Shown: positions 9,621 through 20,000 of the stretch, piece by piece | How the letters are laid out: each line of letters starts with the position of its first letter | How positions within the stretch are numbered: the first letter of the stretch is position 1 | Origin: Monosiga brevicollis MX1 | Lineage: Eukaryota | DNA length: 20,000 nucleotides | Assembly: GCF_000002865.3 (NCBI RefSeq) | Contig: NW_001865079.1 | Span: 196,172 to 216,171, forward strand | Reading direction: 5' to 3' | Made by a program: the position numbers and the translations under genes | Notes under the pieces: generated by a model | Database searches by the model: none | What the model saw: the letters and a program-made list of their open reading frames with translations, nothing else | Told to the model about the DNA's origin: nothing

Positions 9621-11906
9621 ATGAGGGTTCGACACGCAAGGTGCGTGCAGGTTCTGGTCCTGGTGTACCTGGCCTACTGCCCTCTTGCCCATGGCCTACC
9701 AAGCATAGCTTGGCAATCAGCACCGACACAAGGCACGGAGACGTTTGTGATTGCTGGAGACGATCTCCAGCTAGTTCAGGTCCAAGCATGCTGGAATGGT
9801 CACACTGACAATTGCACGGCCCTGCCAGCGGCGGGCTTTCACGTGGTGGAGCAATGGAACGCTTCCATCAAGATTGGCACAGCCACGCCCTGGCAGGGCC
9901 CCGCCGCGTTTCGGCTGGTTCTAGCCTCTGACACCAGCCAAGTCGTTGCCGCTGCAGCTGTCAATGAGCCCGATCTTTGGTGGGGCATGGCTTTACCCCC
10001 CGTGTCACGTAGCAGCCTCCCTTACAACCCCGCCCTGTCTTCCAACGTCACCGTGGTGGCGTATGAGGGCGGTTCGATTCTTCGTTTGATGGGCCGCGCA
10101 CTCAGCATGGACGCCGCCTCTGGCACCTGTCGGCCTAGCACTGACCCCACGCCCGACCCAGACCTGACCCTACGACTTGACACCTCTCCCCTGGTGTCCG
10201 TTACCGCCCGCCAGGCGACCTGCTATGATGCCGAGTTTTTGTTGCCCGCCAACCTCACAGCCGGACGCTACACCCTGCAATTGGCCTCAAATTGGGGCGT
10301 TTCAAGGCAAACTGGCCTTTTGCACATTGTCTCGCGACCCAGCCCTCACACAGTGCAGATCGATGTGGATGCCGCCTTTCAAGGCAACCTGAGTGCTGCC
10401 AACCAACATGCTGCCACCCTGACCGCTGATCCCAACGTACGTGCCCAACTTCTCCTAAGCGCGCGTACGTACAACCTCACTTCAACACTGCACGTTGCCA
10501 ATCGCACTCGTTTGGTCGGTGCCGGCCGCGATGTCACCCTCCTGAGCCTGGCCCTGCCCGTGACAGACTCGGCGCAGGCTTTTCTGCTCGGGCAGGACGA
10601 TTGGGGCTTGAGTAACCTCAGCATCGCAATCTTGTCCGCACCTGCCGAGTTTCGCGTGGTACAGCACCTAGCTGGAGGCCAGCACTTTAGCATGTTGGAT
10701 GTCAGCGTGGCCATGTATCAGTACAACGTGAGCAACGCCTTGTGGATCGAGGGCGCCGCCGGTGAGGTGGCACGGTGTCGCTTTGACCAAATCGGCGCCT
10801 GCCTTTACCCCAACTACGGCAAAGGCTCTGACAGCACCAACTTTATGGCCAGCAATGTGCTGCACATGCTCAATGCCACCGACATTTGGCTCCACGACAA
10901 CGAGATCTTTTGGCGGTGCTCCCACTATGACTTTGATTGCAGCAGCCGTGTCATCTACGAGCACAACATGGCCTATGCCACAGAGACCGGCACCGTGCCG
11001 CATGGCAACTCCATCAGCCTCTATCAGGCCCGCACGTACCCCACCAGCCAATATTGGCTTTTTGCCCGCAACAACATTTCTCGCCCAGCCTTCAATGATC
11101 CGTGGACTCATCACAACTGGTTTCAGCGCGAGACAGTCACATCAGACGGCCCCGGTGGCTGGGGTACAGCCTTCTTTGGTGGTTGGATCGACGAAGATCA
11201 ACAACGCCAGGTTCGCCTGAGCTGGACCACGCTGGCCGAGGCTCCTATTCCCGGAACCACCCTTCTAGTTTTGGCAGGCCCAGCCGTGGGTCAGACCCGC
11301 TTGGTGACGAGCTATGATGCCACAGCCAACGTAACTGTGCTCGACCGCCCGCTGCCCGGTCTGGCCAGCACCAGTCTGTTAGCGGTGGTGGCCAGCGCCA
11401 ACTACAAGGCCGTCGTTGGCAATGCCTTTCACTGGACCGCCATGGCACAGTACTATGGCAATTCCTTTTTTAGCCTGATGGCCGACAACAGCTTTGCCAA
11501 TTGCAGCGTCAGTCCCCAGGGCGCCATTCAAGGCGTCGGCGAGTGCTACCACGGGATTGGGCAAAACTTCTTTATTGAATACTACAACAATGAACTGTCT
11601 GATAGCGATGGCATCGTGCTGCAGGACCACAGTGGTCCCTCGGGCGAACCCGAGTGTGCGGCCTACGAGGGACCGTGGCAGCGCTGGATCATCGTCCGGC
11701 GCAATCAGCTGGCGGGCGTCTCTTGGGCTGCCTTCAGCGCCTCGCCCAGTAATCCTCAATGCGGCAGCATTATGCGCACGGGTGGCTCCGTGCCTTCGCT
11801 TGACCTAGTTGTTGAGGCCAATATGGTGCAGTGCGCGTACCCCGGCTCACTCTCCAGCGGCAACATCAGCTTGGGCCAATGTGATCATTGTCTGGCCTCT
11901 GATTAG
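9621..11906 (+). CDS. Secreted protein (~761 aa) with probable TIG/Ig-like modules and a right-handed beta-helix (pectin-lyase-like fold); single exon
   Basis: 2.3-kb uninterrupted ORF. Signal-peptide-like MRVRHARCVQVLVLVYLAYCPLAHG|LP (alternative ATG at 9555). TIG-like LRLMGRAL...FLLPANLTAGRYTLQL. Beta-helix N-cap motif LSARTYNLTSTLHVANRTRLVGAGRDVTLL. Recurrent Asn-ladder segments (IWLHDNEI, VIYEHNM, LFARNNI, VVGNAF, MADNSF, IVRRNQL, VVEANMV). Many N-x-S/T sequons. Confidence 0.8.
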   Translation: MRVRHARCVQVLVLVYLAYCPLAHGLPSIAWQSAPTQGTETFVIAGDDLQLVQVQACWNGHTDNCTALPAAGFHVVEQWNASIKIGTATPWQGPAAFRLVLASDTSQVVAAAAVNEPDLWWGMALPPVSRSSLPYNPALSSNVTVVAYEGGSILRLMGRALSMDAASGTCRPSTDPTPDPDLTLRLDTSPLVSVTARQATCYDAEFLLPANLTAGRYTLQLASNWGVSRQTGLLHIVSRPSPHTVQIDVDAAFQGNLSAANQHAATLTADPNVRAQLLLSARTYNLTSTLHVANRTRLVGAGRDVTLLSLALPVTDSAQAFLLGQDDWGLSNLSIAILSAPAEFRVVQHLAGGQHFSMLDVSVAMYQYNVSNALWIEGAAGEVARCRFDQIGACLYPNYGKGSDSTNFMASNVLHMLNATDIWLHDNEIFWRCSHYDFDCSSRVIYEHNMAYATETGTVPHGNSISLYQARTYPTSQYWLFARNNISRPAFNDPWTHHNWFQRETVTSDGPGGWGTAFFGGWIDEDQQRQVRLSWTTLAEAPIPGTTLLVLAGPAVGQTRLVTSYDATANVTVLDRPLPGLASTSLLAVVASANYKAVVGNAFHWTAMAQYYGNSFFSLMADNSFANCSVSPQGAIQGVGECYHGIGQNFFIEYYNNELSDSDGIVLQDHSGPSGEPECAAYEGPWQRWIIVRRNQLAGVSWAAFSASPSNPQCGSIMRTGGSVPSLDLVVEANMVQCAYPGSLSSGNISLGQCDHCLASD

Positions 11907-12071
11907 TGCGTTGTTGTTAGACATGATGAGGGAGAAGAACGCTCACAAATTAACAAGAGAGAATTCATTACATCTGTCATCATTGCCAATTGTCTGTTCA
12001 TAAGTTTTGAGCCTGCGCGAGTACCAAAAGAAAAAAGAAGAGCAACGCCTTGCTTGCTAGTTTGCATTGTC

Positions 12072-13594
12072 TCATGCCCGGCTCGTGGGCTGAGGCACAT
12101 CAATCACGATGGCTGGCTGACGAGGACGATAATTGAAGTTGCACGTTGAGGCATTCACGAATAGCGTTTGCCCGTCTGTCGTGACGCCGTACCCTTCTGG
12201 AAAGGCGAAGAAGGTAGAAAGCAGAGATACGTGAGCACGCAGCGCGAGGATGCTGGGCTGAGGCAACATCCTACCATGAATATGCCCAAAGACGTGTAGT
12301 TTGAGCTGGTGCAGGCGCTGATAAATGGTTTCGAGCAGATGGACGCAGCCAGCCCGCTGACCAGACATGCAGGCATCACCGTGGCCCAACGGCGGACCGT
12401 GAGTCACAAGGACGTCCACGTCGTCCGGAATGGCGTCCATCTGTGTTGCAGAAAGCGATTATCAACCTCTTTAAATCAACGGCCAAAACACGTTTGCTGG
12501 GACAGCAAGAGCGAGCAGTGAAAGAGAGAAGGGACCTGTTGTGGCTTGACGTCACGCGGATAATTGAAGGCCCAGTCGCAGAATTCGGGCTGATCTGGCG
12601 AACCAAATACCTTGATACCTGAGATGGCAGCGGTATTGATCCGTGAGCAGGAGTTTATGTCAGACTTTTTTGTTCGCTTCCTTCAAGGCCTGCAAAACAT
12701 GTCGCAGGTCCACAAGGTAGAATCCCCGGCGCATGATTCACGAACCCTCGACGGTAACGCTCTCGTTCTCGAGATAAATGGCATTGGTCAGCAAGCTTGT
12801 AGGCTCGATGCGTCCCCATGCCGGATCAACGCGAAAGCGCTGGGCCAAGGCTGAGGCAAAGTTGGCTCGATCAAAAATCAAATCGTGATTACCCTACTCA
12901 TAGTTAGCATGACCCGCGATGAACATGCTGATGCATCACTAGCTGGCTGGCCCCTCGCCAGACAGACTGCATATCGACATTGCGGGGAATGAGAACGAAC
13001 GGCGATGACGATGCAATGCTTGAACTGTGTTTGCTGTCCGAGCCAGTCGTTGAAGGCCCGGACTGCGTCCGGCTGGCCAACTCGGGAAAAGTCTCCTGCA
13101 TGAATCAAGACGTCGCCTGCCGGCAGTTCAGGCATCTGCGTAACGCACGGCAGCATTGAGACACGCACGGCAAAAGAGTCGGGGCACAGCGTGCCAGCGG
13201 GTTCCGAGACTGATGCAAAACCCCCGACATCTGGGTCGTACCAAAGCGTGGACGTCGTGCGTATCGCTGATGCAAACAAATCTGACGGTGTTTGGAGCCT
13301 GTGGGCGTGATTCGGGCAGGTTTACAGGCGCTGCTGGCAAACGCACCTACACTTACACACAGCAATGTTCAGCATGAGAGTCGGGGCCAATGCACTGGAG
13401 GCACAGCAGCTTTCCAACAGAGGATTCTCTTGCGTGCCCACTTCTCTGACCTGCAGCTTCTCCCAAGTCGTGGTGGGATCGGTGTGACTTCCACCGGGCA
13501 ACCCCTCGATGGCCGCTGCCCAGCGTTTTCGTTGTGCCAAGCTGGGCGTCACAACACCAGCCGTTTCCACGGTAGCACCGTTCAACGCCAGCAT
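12072..13594 (-). CDS. MPPED: Calcineurin-like metallophosphoesterase, MPPED1/MPPED2 (239AB/FB) family, ~301 aa; exons 13594-13451, 13346-13242, 13135-13001, 12893-12746, 12618-12536, 12440-12275, 12196-12072
   Basis: The spliced product has all five motifs: RFVCISDTH, LIHAGDFS, IVIA|GNHD, VLVTHGPP and HVFGHIH|EGYG. It also has LLTNAIYLENESVTVEG, GSPDQPEFCDWAFN and FVNASTC. All introns are GT-AG and the phases join (906 nt). The exon 1 start and exon 5 donor are less certain. Confidence 0.92.
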
Positions 13595-13752
13595 GTTGTC
13601 CAACGAATCCCCGAAATCAAAGCACCAACCCCCGCGTACCAGCAAGCATAGACACGAAGACTATCGCTGCGACGCCAACACTCATCTGCCAGGGAGTGAG
13701 GTTTGGGAAATGCGAGTAGCCTCAAGCACATCAAGGATAAAACCACCACACC

Positions 13753-13887
13753 ACCAGTTCCAGAACCAGTGCCAGTACCAGTCCCAAATACCAATCACCA
13801 GTACCAGGTACCAGTACCAAGTACCAAGTCCCAAGTACCAAGACCAGTGCCAGTATCAGGTCCCGAGTCCCAAGTATCAGTACCAAC
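13753..13887. repeat. Degenerate ACCAGT/CCAAGT 6-7-bp tandem array in the divergent intergenic region
   Basis: accagttccagaaccagtgccagtaccagtccc...accaggtaccagtaccaagtaccaagtcccaagtaccaag... Confidence 0.85.
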
Positions 13888-14221
13888 GACAGCATCAAGC
13901 GCCAGCGAGCTCTCTCATTCGGCGCCAAAATTGGCTGCACGAACTGTCTGACATCAGTTGGCAGATTAAAAAAAAGTAAATTACTTTTCTTTTCTTTGTT
14001 TCGGATTTTTGTTGTCAACTGCTGTTGTGTGTGTACGGTCCTTGCACGAAGGAACTCGAGGTGAGTGACACCGTTTGGCAGCGCCTTGTGGGGCATCGGG
14101 CCCGGCTACTCCGAGCATATCGGCGCTTGTTATGACGGTGCCACCAGCAAGAGGAGTCAGCGGGATGGAAACAGCCTCACGTCTGTTTTCTGGTGCCATT
14201 GATGGTGTAGAACCAAACGCC

Positions 14222-15700
<1,479 letters not shown>

Positions 15701-16010
15701 GGGCTTGCCCAGGCCAATACCTGAAACCTGAAAGAGTTTGGGTTCTTCCTGGGGTAGTTTTTTCTGGTTTGTTTGTGCAGGTTTTTACACAGGAGGGGCT
15801 GGTGGCCAGCAGTAAGAAGCCTATCTCCACCCCGAATCCTTGATGAATTAATTACTACCGGTCCAACTGAACAGCAAAGACGTGCTTGCTTGTTCACAAC
15901 GCCATCGTGTCGGGTGATGGGCCTCAAGGTCACGAAAAGATACCGAGTCCCAGCACCACTGAGGCTACACTCCACTCTCGGACACATTACTCCAAACGAG
16001 GCCGCACAGC

Positions 16011-19000
16011 CTAAGCATCGTCCTGTTGAGCCGACGCCAGTTGCAAAGCCCCATACGTCAAGATGCACTGCAGACCCTCCACCCAAAGACGATAAAGCTG
16101 CTCATTGGGAGCGATCAAGTCCAGGACGCGGTCCGTGGTGGCCACAGAAAAGCCGAACCGGTGCTTGCCCTATGGCGAGGCGACATGAGTTGGTTTGCAA
16201 ACCGATGGGTGACGCAAGCGAAGCAACTTGACGCTGGCATGCCTGACATGGCTCATACCTGAGGCTCGTAATCGCGGCGTGAGGTCACGTTTGAGCTGGG
16301 CCCCTCGTATACAGCTGTTACATGGGCGGCCGAAGCTATGACGAGACACGCGCGCGGTGAGGTGGGGCCTCGTGTGCTACAGCCATACGCCTTGGTGCTA
16401 AGTGATGATGCGGAGAGAGGGCACGTACTGGCATCGGGGTTGCGCACAAAGGAACTGGGAGACTTGGTCCAGCAAATCTCGCCCGTGTACATATCCACCC
16501 AGAAGAATCGGGTGTGCGTTGCCCCCTGTTTCAATCGGGTCGAGGACAACATGAAAATTAAGATTCAGACTCAAGATCAGAATGCCGCTTGGCCGCACAA
16601 CATACGACACACGATTCGGCGGACGCCCACCAACCTTGCCGTCGTTTGTAAACTTTTCGAGGTGTGACCCTACAGTGAGAAGATGGAAGAGCTGCATGAT
16701 GGCAGACACTTGATCGCCTTGCGAGTTGAGCCAGTCGGCACTCGAGACGCCTGTTCAAGGAGGGAGGAAGGTAGATTAGCGCTTGGCGGCGAAACTGCGA
16801 CAAACGGAGTGGGGTGCGCACCATTGGTAACGCCGGTTTGCTGTTCAGAAATGGAAAGGCGACCGTGTGGCCCATAGCTGGCCAGCAAAGCCACGCAAGC
16901 GCCGTGTTGGCGCTGGCGCGCGTAATCAATTGGGGTCAGACCCTGCCAAGCCGGTAATCAAAAATGGTCAGTATTTGCCGATTGGCCGGGAAAAAAGGGG
17001 GGGGCGGTGGGGTGTTTCAAGTGGCTTGTCCAAACAAGAGTCGATGCCAAGTGTGCTCTCTAGTCTGGGGCAAGGCTGTGCGGCGGCGAGTTGGACACGC
17101 AAGACGTACATCCTCATCCAGGGCATTGACGGAGGCCCCGTGCTTGAGCAGAACCCGCAGAACGCGAGAACCACCACACACGGCAGCGTAGTGAAGGGCA
17201 GTCCGGGAGCGGTGGTCGACCTCGGTCACCAGAGTCGGGTCGTGCCGAAGCAGCAGCTTGGCTGCGGCCTTGGCATCAAGTTCGGCCGCATAGTGCAACG
17301 CTGTCCGGCCAATGCGGTCACGCAGGCGAAGACGGCTGCTTTGTTGCGCCAGAGCAGCGAGACACTGGACGGCATTTGGCTGCACGGCCCAATGCATGCA
17401 GGTTTTGCCATCCACGTCGGCAGCCCCAAGATCGGCGCCCGCTCGCTTGAGCTTGCCCAAATGGTGCACCCTACACAAGTGAGGGTGGACATGGTGGTTG
17501 CCAGTGAGGCGTGACTTCTACTCGTGCCCAAACTCAAACTCCGAGCCCCTCCGCACTGTTTTCTGCCTTGCAACGATGGGGTCATAGAGCCTACACAAAG
17601 ATGTCCAGCCCGCTGAAGGTAACAACATACTGACCGATCATAGTAGCAGGCCCAGATGGCGGCGGTCATGCCGGCGTGGTCGGGCTGGTTGATGGCGTTA
17701 TCGCCCCGGACTCTTTTCAAAAGTTGGGCCATGCAGCCAAGGCGAGGGTTGTGGGCGGCCCAGTGCAAGGCGATGCGGCCATCATCATCACCAACGCGAT
17801 GATCTGCGCCAGATTCGATGAGCAGTTTAACCATCTCAGTCGTGCCGCTGAAGGCGGCCCGATGCAGGGCCGTTGAACCATCTAAATAATAAGCAGCAAG
17901 CGCAAAAGGTACCATGCCAGCGTGGGGCGATGGCCCAGGTGGATGAGGGAAAGGAACCATTGTGCAGCCGTGTCGGGTGTGGGCTGCGTAGAGGCGAGAG
18001 GATAGTGCAGCCGAGAACAAAGACCAGTGTGGCGGTGTCAGCTTGGCTAACCGTTTGCTTTGATGTCGAGAAGAGCGCCCATTTGCACTAGGAGCTCAGC
18101 CACCGAGAGTTGGTTGCAGTGCACGGCATACATGAGCGGTGTTCGGCCACTTGGATCGGGTCCGTTGATATCGTGACCCTATTGAGCATTGCTGAATGAG
18201 CCAGGAAGCAATTGGGAGTGAAGAGTGGCAAGGCCGACATGGCATGGTACCTGGTCCACCAGACGCTTGATGAGGGCGATGTTGCCGTGGGCGGCTGCTG
18301 CGAGCAAGGGTGCCGTAGCCTCTGTGACAAGCGTCTCGGGACTAAACTGATCGGCCGAAGCATGGTTGAGATCTGCTTCATTTCCCAGCACTACCAGGGT
18401 GTGGAAGGGAGACGCGAGGTTCGAGGTGAGAGGCGACGAGTTCATTTTGGGCCGCCGGGTGCGAACATTGTTTCGATGATCAAGCTTGTCGGCGAAAGAT
18501 GTGGCAACGTACTGATTTCCTCGTGTGTTTCATCGTCGAGATTGACCACGTGAAGCTTGCTCAGGACGCTGCCCTGCTGGCGAGCGAGCGGGGTATCTTG
18601 GGCCGCGGAGTCGTCAAGCTGATGATCGTCTCGTGCATCTAGTCACAGTTGGACGGTTTGAAGAAAGCATTGTTGGTGGCGATGGAGAATATGAGGCAAA
18701 AAGGAAAAGGACAAGATAGACGAGGCGGAGGCGCATTGGTAGGCGACCACGTGACTGACCTTCGAGAACGCGGGCCAGGGCGCGAACAACGTTGACATGG
18801 TCATGGCCACGAAAGGGGGTTGGGGCAGGCAAGATGTCTGGTCCTCCCGAGGCATGTGCCGGGGTGCTGACGTCGGCATATTCACCATGGTTGCCCTCTT
18901 GGGCGGCGCCGGGGGAAGGGGCCACGGTGACGACACGGGAGATGCGGGGTGTGAGGTTGTCGAGGGCGGAGATGGTCGTGCCGGTGGAGGTACGATCGCC

Positions 19001-19612
19001 GGGCTCGCCGTGATATTCCGTGTCACCGTGCCAGGCCACAATGGGTGGGGCAGGGCGGGACCGATCCTGGCCCGTGATGAGAGGTTTGCGCTCGGTGGGT
19101 GGGGCAGGGCGGTTTGCCATTTGGGCGGCGGCGTCATCGTCTTCCTCGACCTCGGCGGGCGAGAAGGGCGTGACGAGGTTGTCTGAAGCCTTTGTGGTAC
19201 GGGTGTGTCGGGGTGAAGGCTCGGCTGAGTCATCCTGCTGCCCTGAGCGAGCCTTTTCCACCTGTTCAAGAATCAAGAGAGCGAGTCGGGGTTTGAGGCG
19301 GGGGCCCGCGCGTGAGGGAAACGGATGTGGCTGGATGCAAGGGTTGCGGGGAGTAATGCGGAGACGTACGGCAGAACGAGCACGGGAAAGGAGTTCGTCA
19401 AATCGTTGCGCACGGGCCAGACGGCGCACTTCATCCGATCGGCTCGAGCTATCGGTGCTGTGCGGAACCTGGGCTCGAGCATCGGGCGTGCCGGGGAGCA
19501 CCGTGTCGGGGTTTTGGCTCGCAGCGGTGGCCGCCCCTTCCTCATTCATGTAGGGAAGAAGAGGTCCATGCCGGGTGTGACCCAAGCCTTGTCGCACGGG
19601 TGCCCCATACAT
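16011..19612 (-). CDS. Ankyrin-repeat (inversin/ANKRD55-like block) plus C-terminal PH-domain protein, ~771 aa; exons 19612-19370, 19261-18760, 18638-18513, 18390-18251, 18178-18052, 17881-17635, 17470-17110, 16942-16822, 16750-16635, 16525-16429, 16335-16259, 16169-16011
   Basis: About nine ankyrin repeats (APLLAAA, GRTPLMYAV, GSTALHRAA, GRIALHWAA, GMTAAIWAC, GKTCMHWAV, GRTALHYAA, SRTALHYAA, GLTPIDYA). PH domain: LTVGSHLEKF...HTRFFWVD...ICW...FGFSVATTDRVLDLIAPNEQLYRLWVEGLQ. All GT-AG junctions are in phase (2316 nt). The start is uncertain and upstream exons are possible. Confidence 0.85.
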
Positions 19613-19766
19613 GCTGAATGCGCAGTTGACTGATCCAGTGAATCCGGTGGTGTGCTTGCACAGAGATGCCCTGAGATCGCAAGATGCCCGCGCGTGTAGA
19701 TTGTGAGAGACAAGCCTCAAGTTGTTTCTTTGTGTGTATATGTGTATATTTATGTGTCTTGTATAC

Positions 19767-19910
19767 GTGTGTGTGTGTGTGTGTGTGTGTGGCCCGATCG
19801 CACCGGCATCGGGAAACAGGAGCGCGGACGTGCCGGGACAAGGGCGTCCGCGGCAAAGAGCAGGGTGAGGGGCGGTACCTGCACACAGACAGAGAGAGAG
19901 AGAGAGAGAG
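19767..19910. repeat. (GT)n at about 19767-19791 and (GA)n at about 19891-19910
   Basis: Directly visible. Confidence 0.9.
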
Positions 19911-20000
19911 GAAATTGGAAAAAAAATTTTTGAGCGAAATTTTCAGAGTGAGAGAGAGTGTGTGAGTGTGTTATGGGGTTTGTGTTGCGATTTAGTGGTA

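Noticed and set aside
13921..13930. E2F-like TTTTGGCGCC on the minus strand (also TTTGGCGC at 1171)
   Set aside because: Short motif expected by chance; the flanking genes give no support.
13509..13979. QYQ- or PV-repeat ORFs
   Set aside because: Produced by the ACCAGT array; they overlap MPPED exon 1 antisense and show no domain.

Overview
Eukaryotic, GC-rich, compact genomic DNA with short GT-AG introns, many (GT)n/(CA)n microsatellites and two assembly gaps (4844-5033, 6862-7642). The style suggests a unicellular holozoan such as a choanoflagellate (inference, not proven). Left to right: (1) the 5'-truncated, intron-free end of a sugar-phosphate cyclase whose motifs resemble 2-deoxy-scyllo-inosose synthase more than dehydroquinate synthase; (2) about 5.3 kb with no recognisable gene; (3) an exon ending in a C2H2 zinc finger; (4) across a gap, the WD40/IR-tail part of the APC/C coactivator Cdh1/FZR1; (5) an intronless secreted, bacterial-looking beta-helix protein; (6) a 7-exon MPPED-type metallophosphoesterase; (7) a 5-exon Pam17 homologue; (8) a 12-exon inversin/ANKRD55-like ankyrin protein with a C-terminal PH domain. 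All family comparisons are from memory of the families; no search was run.
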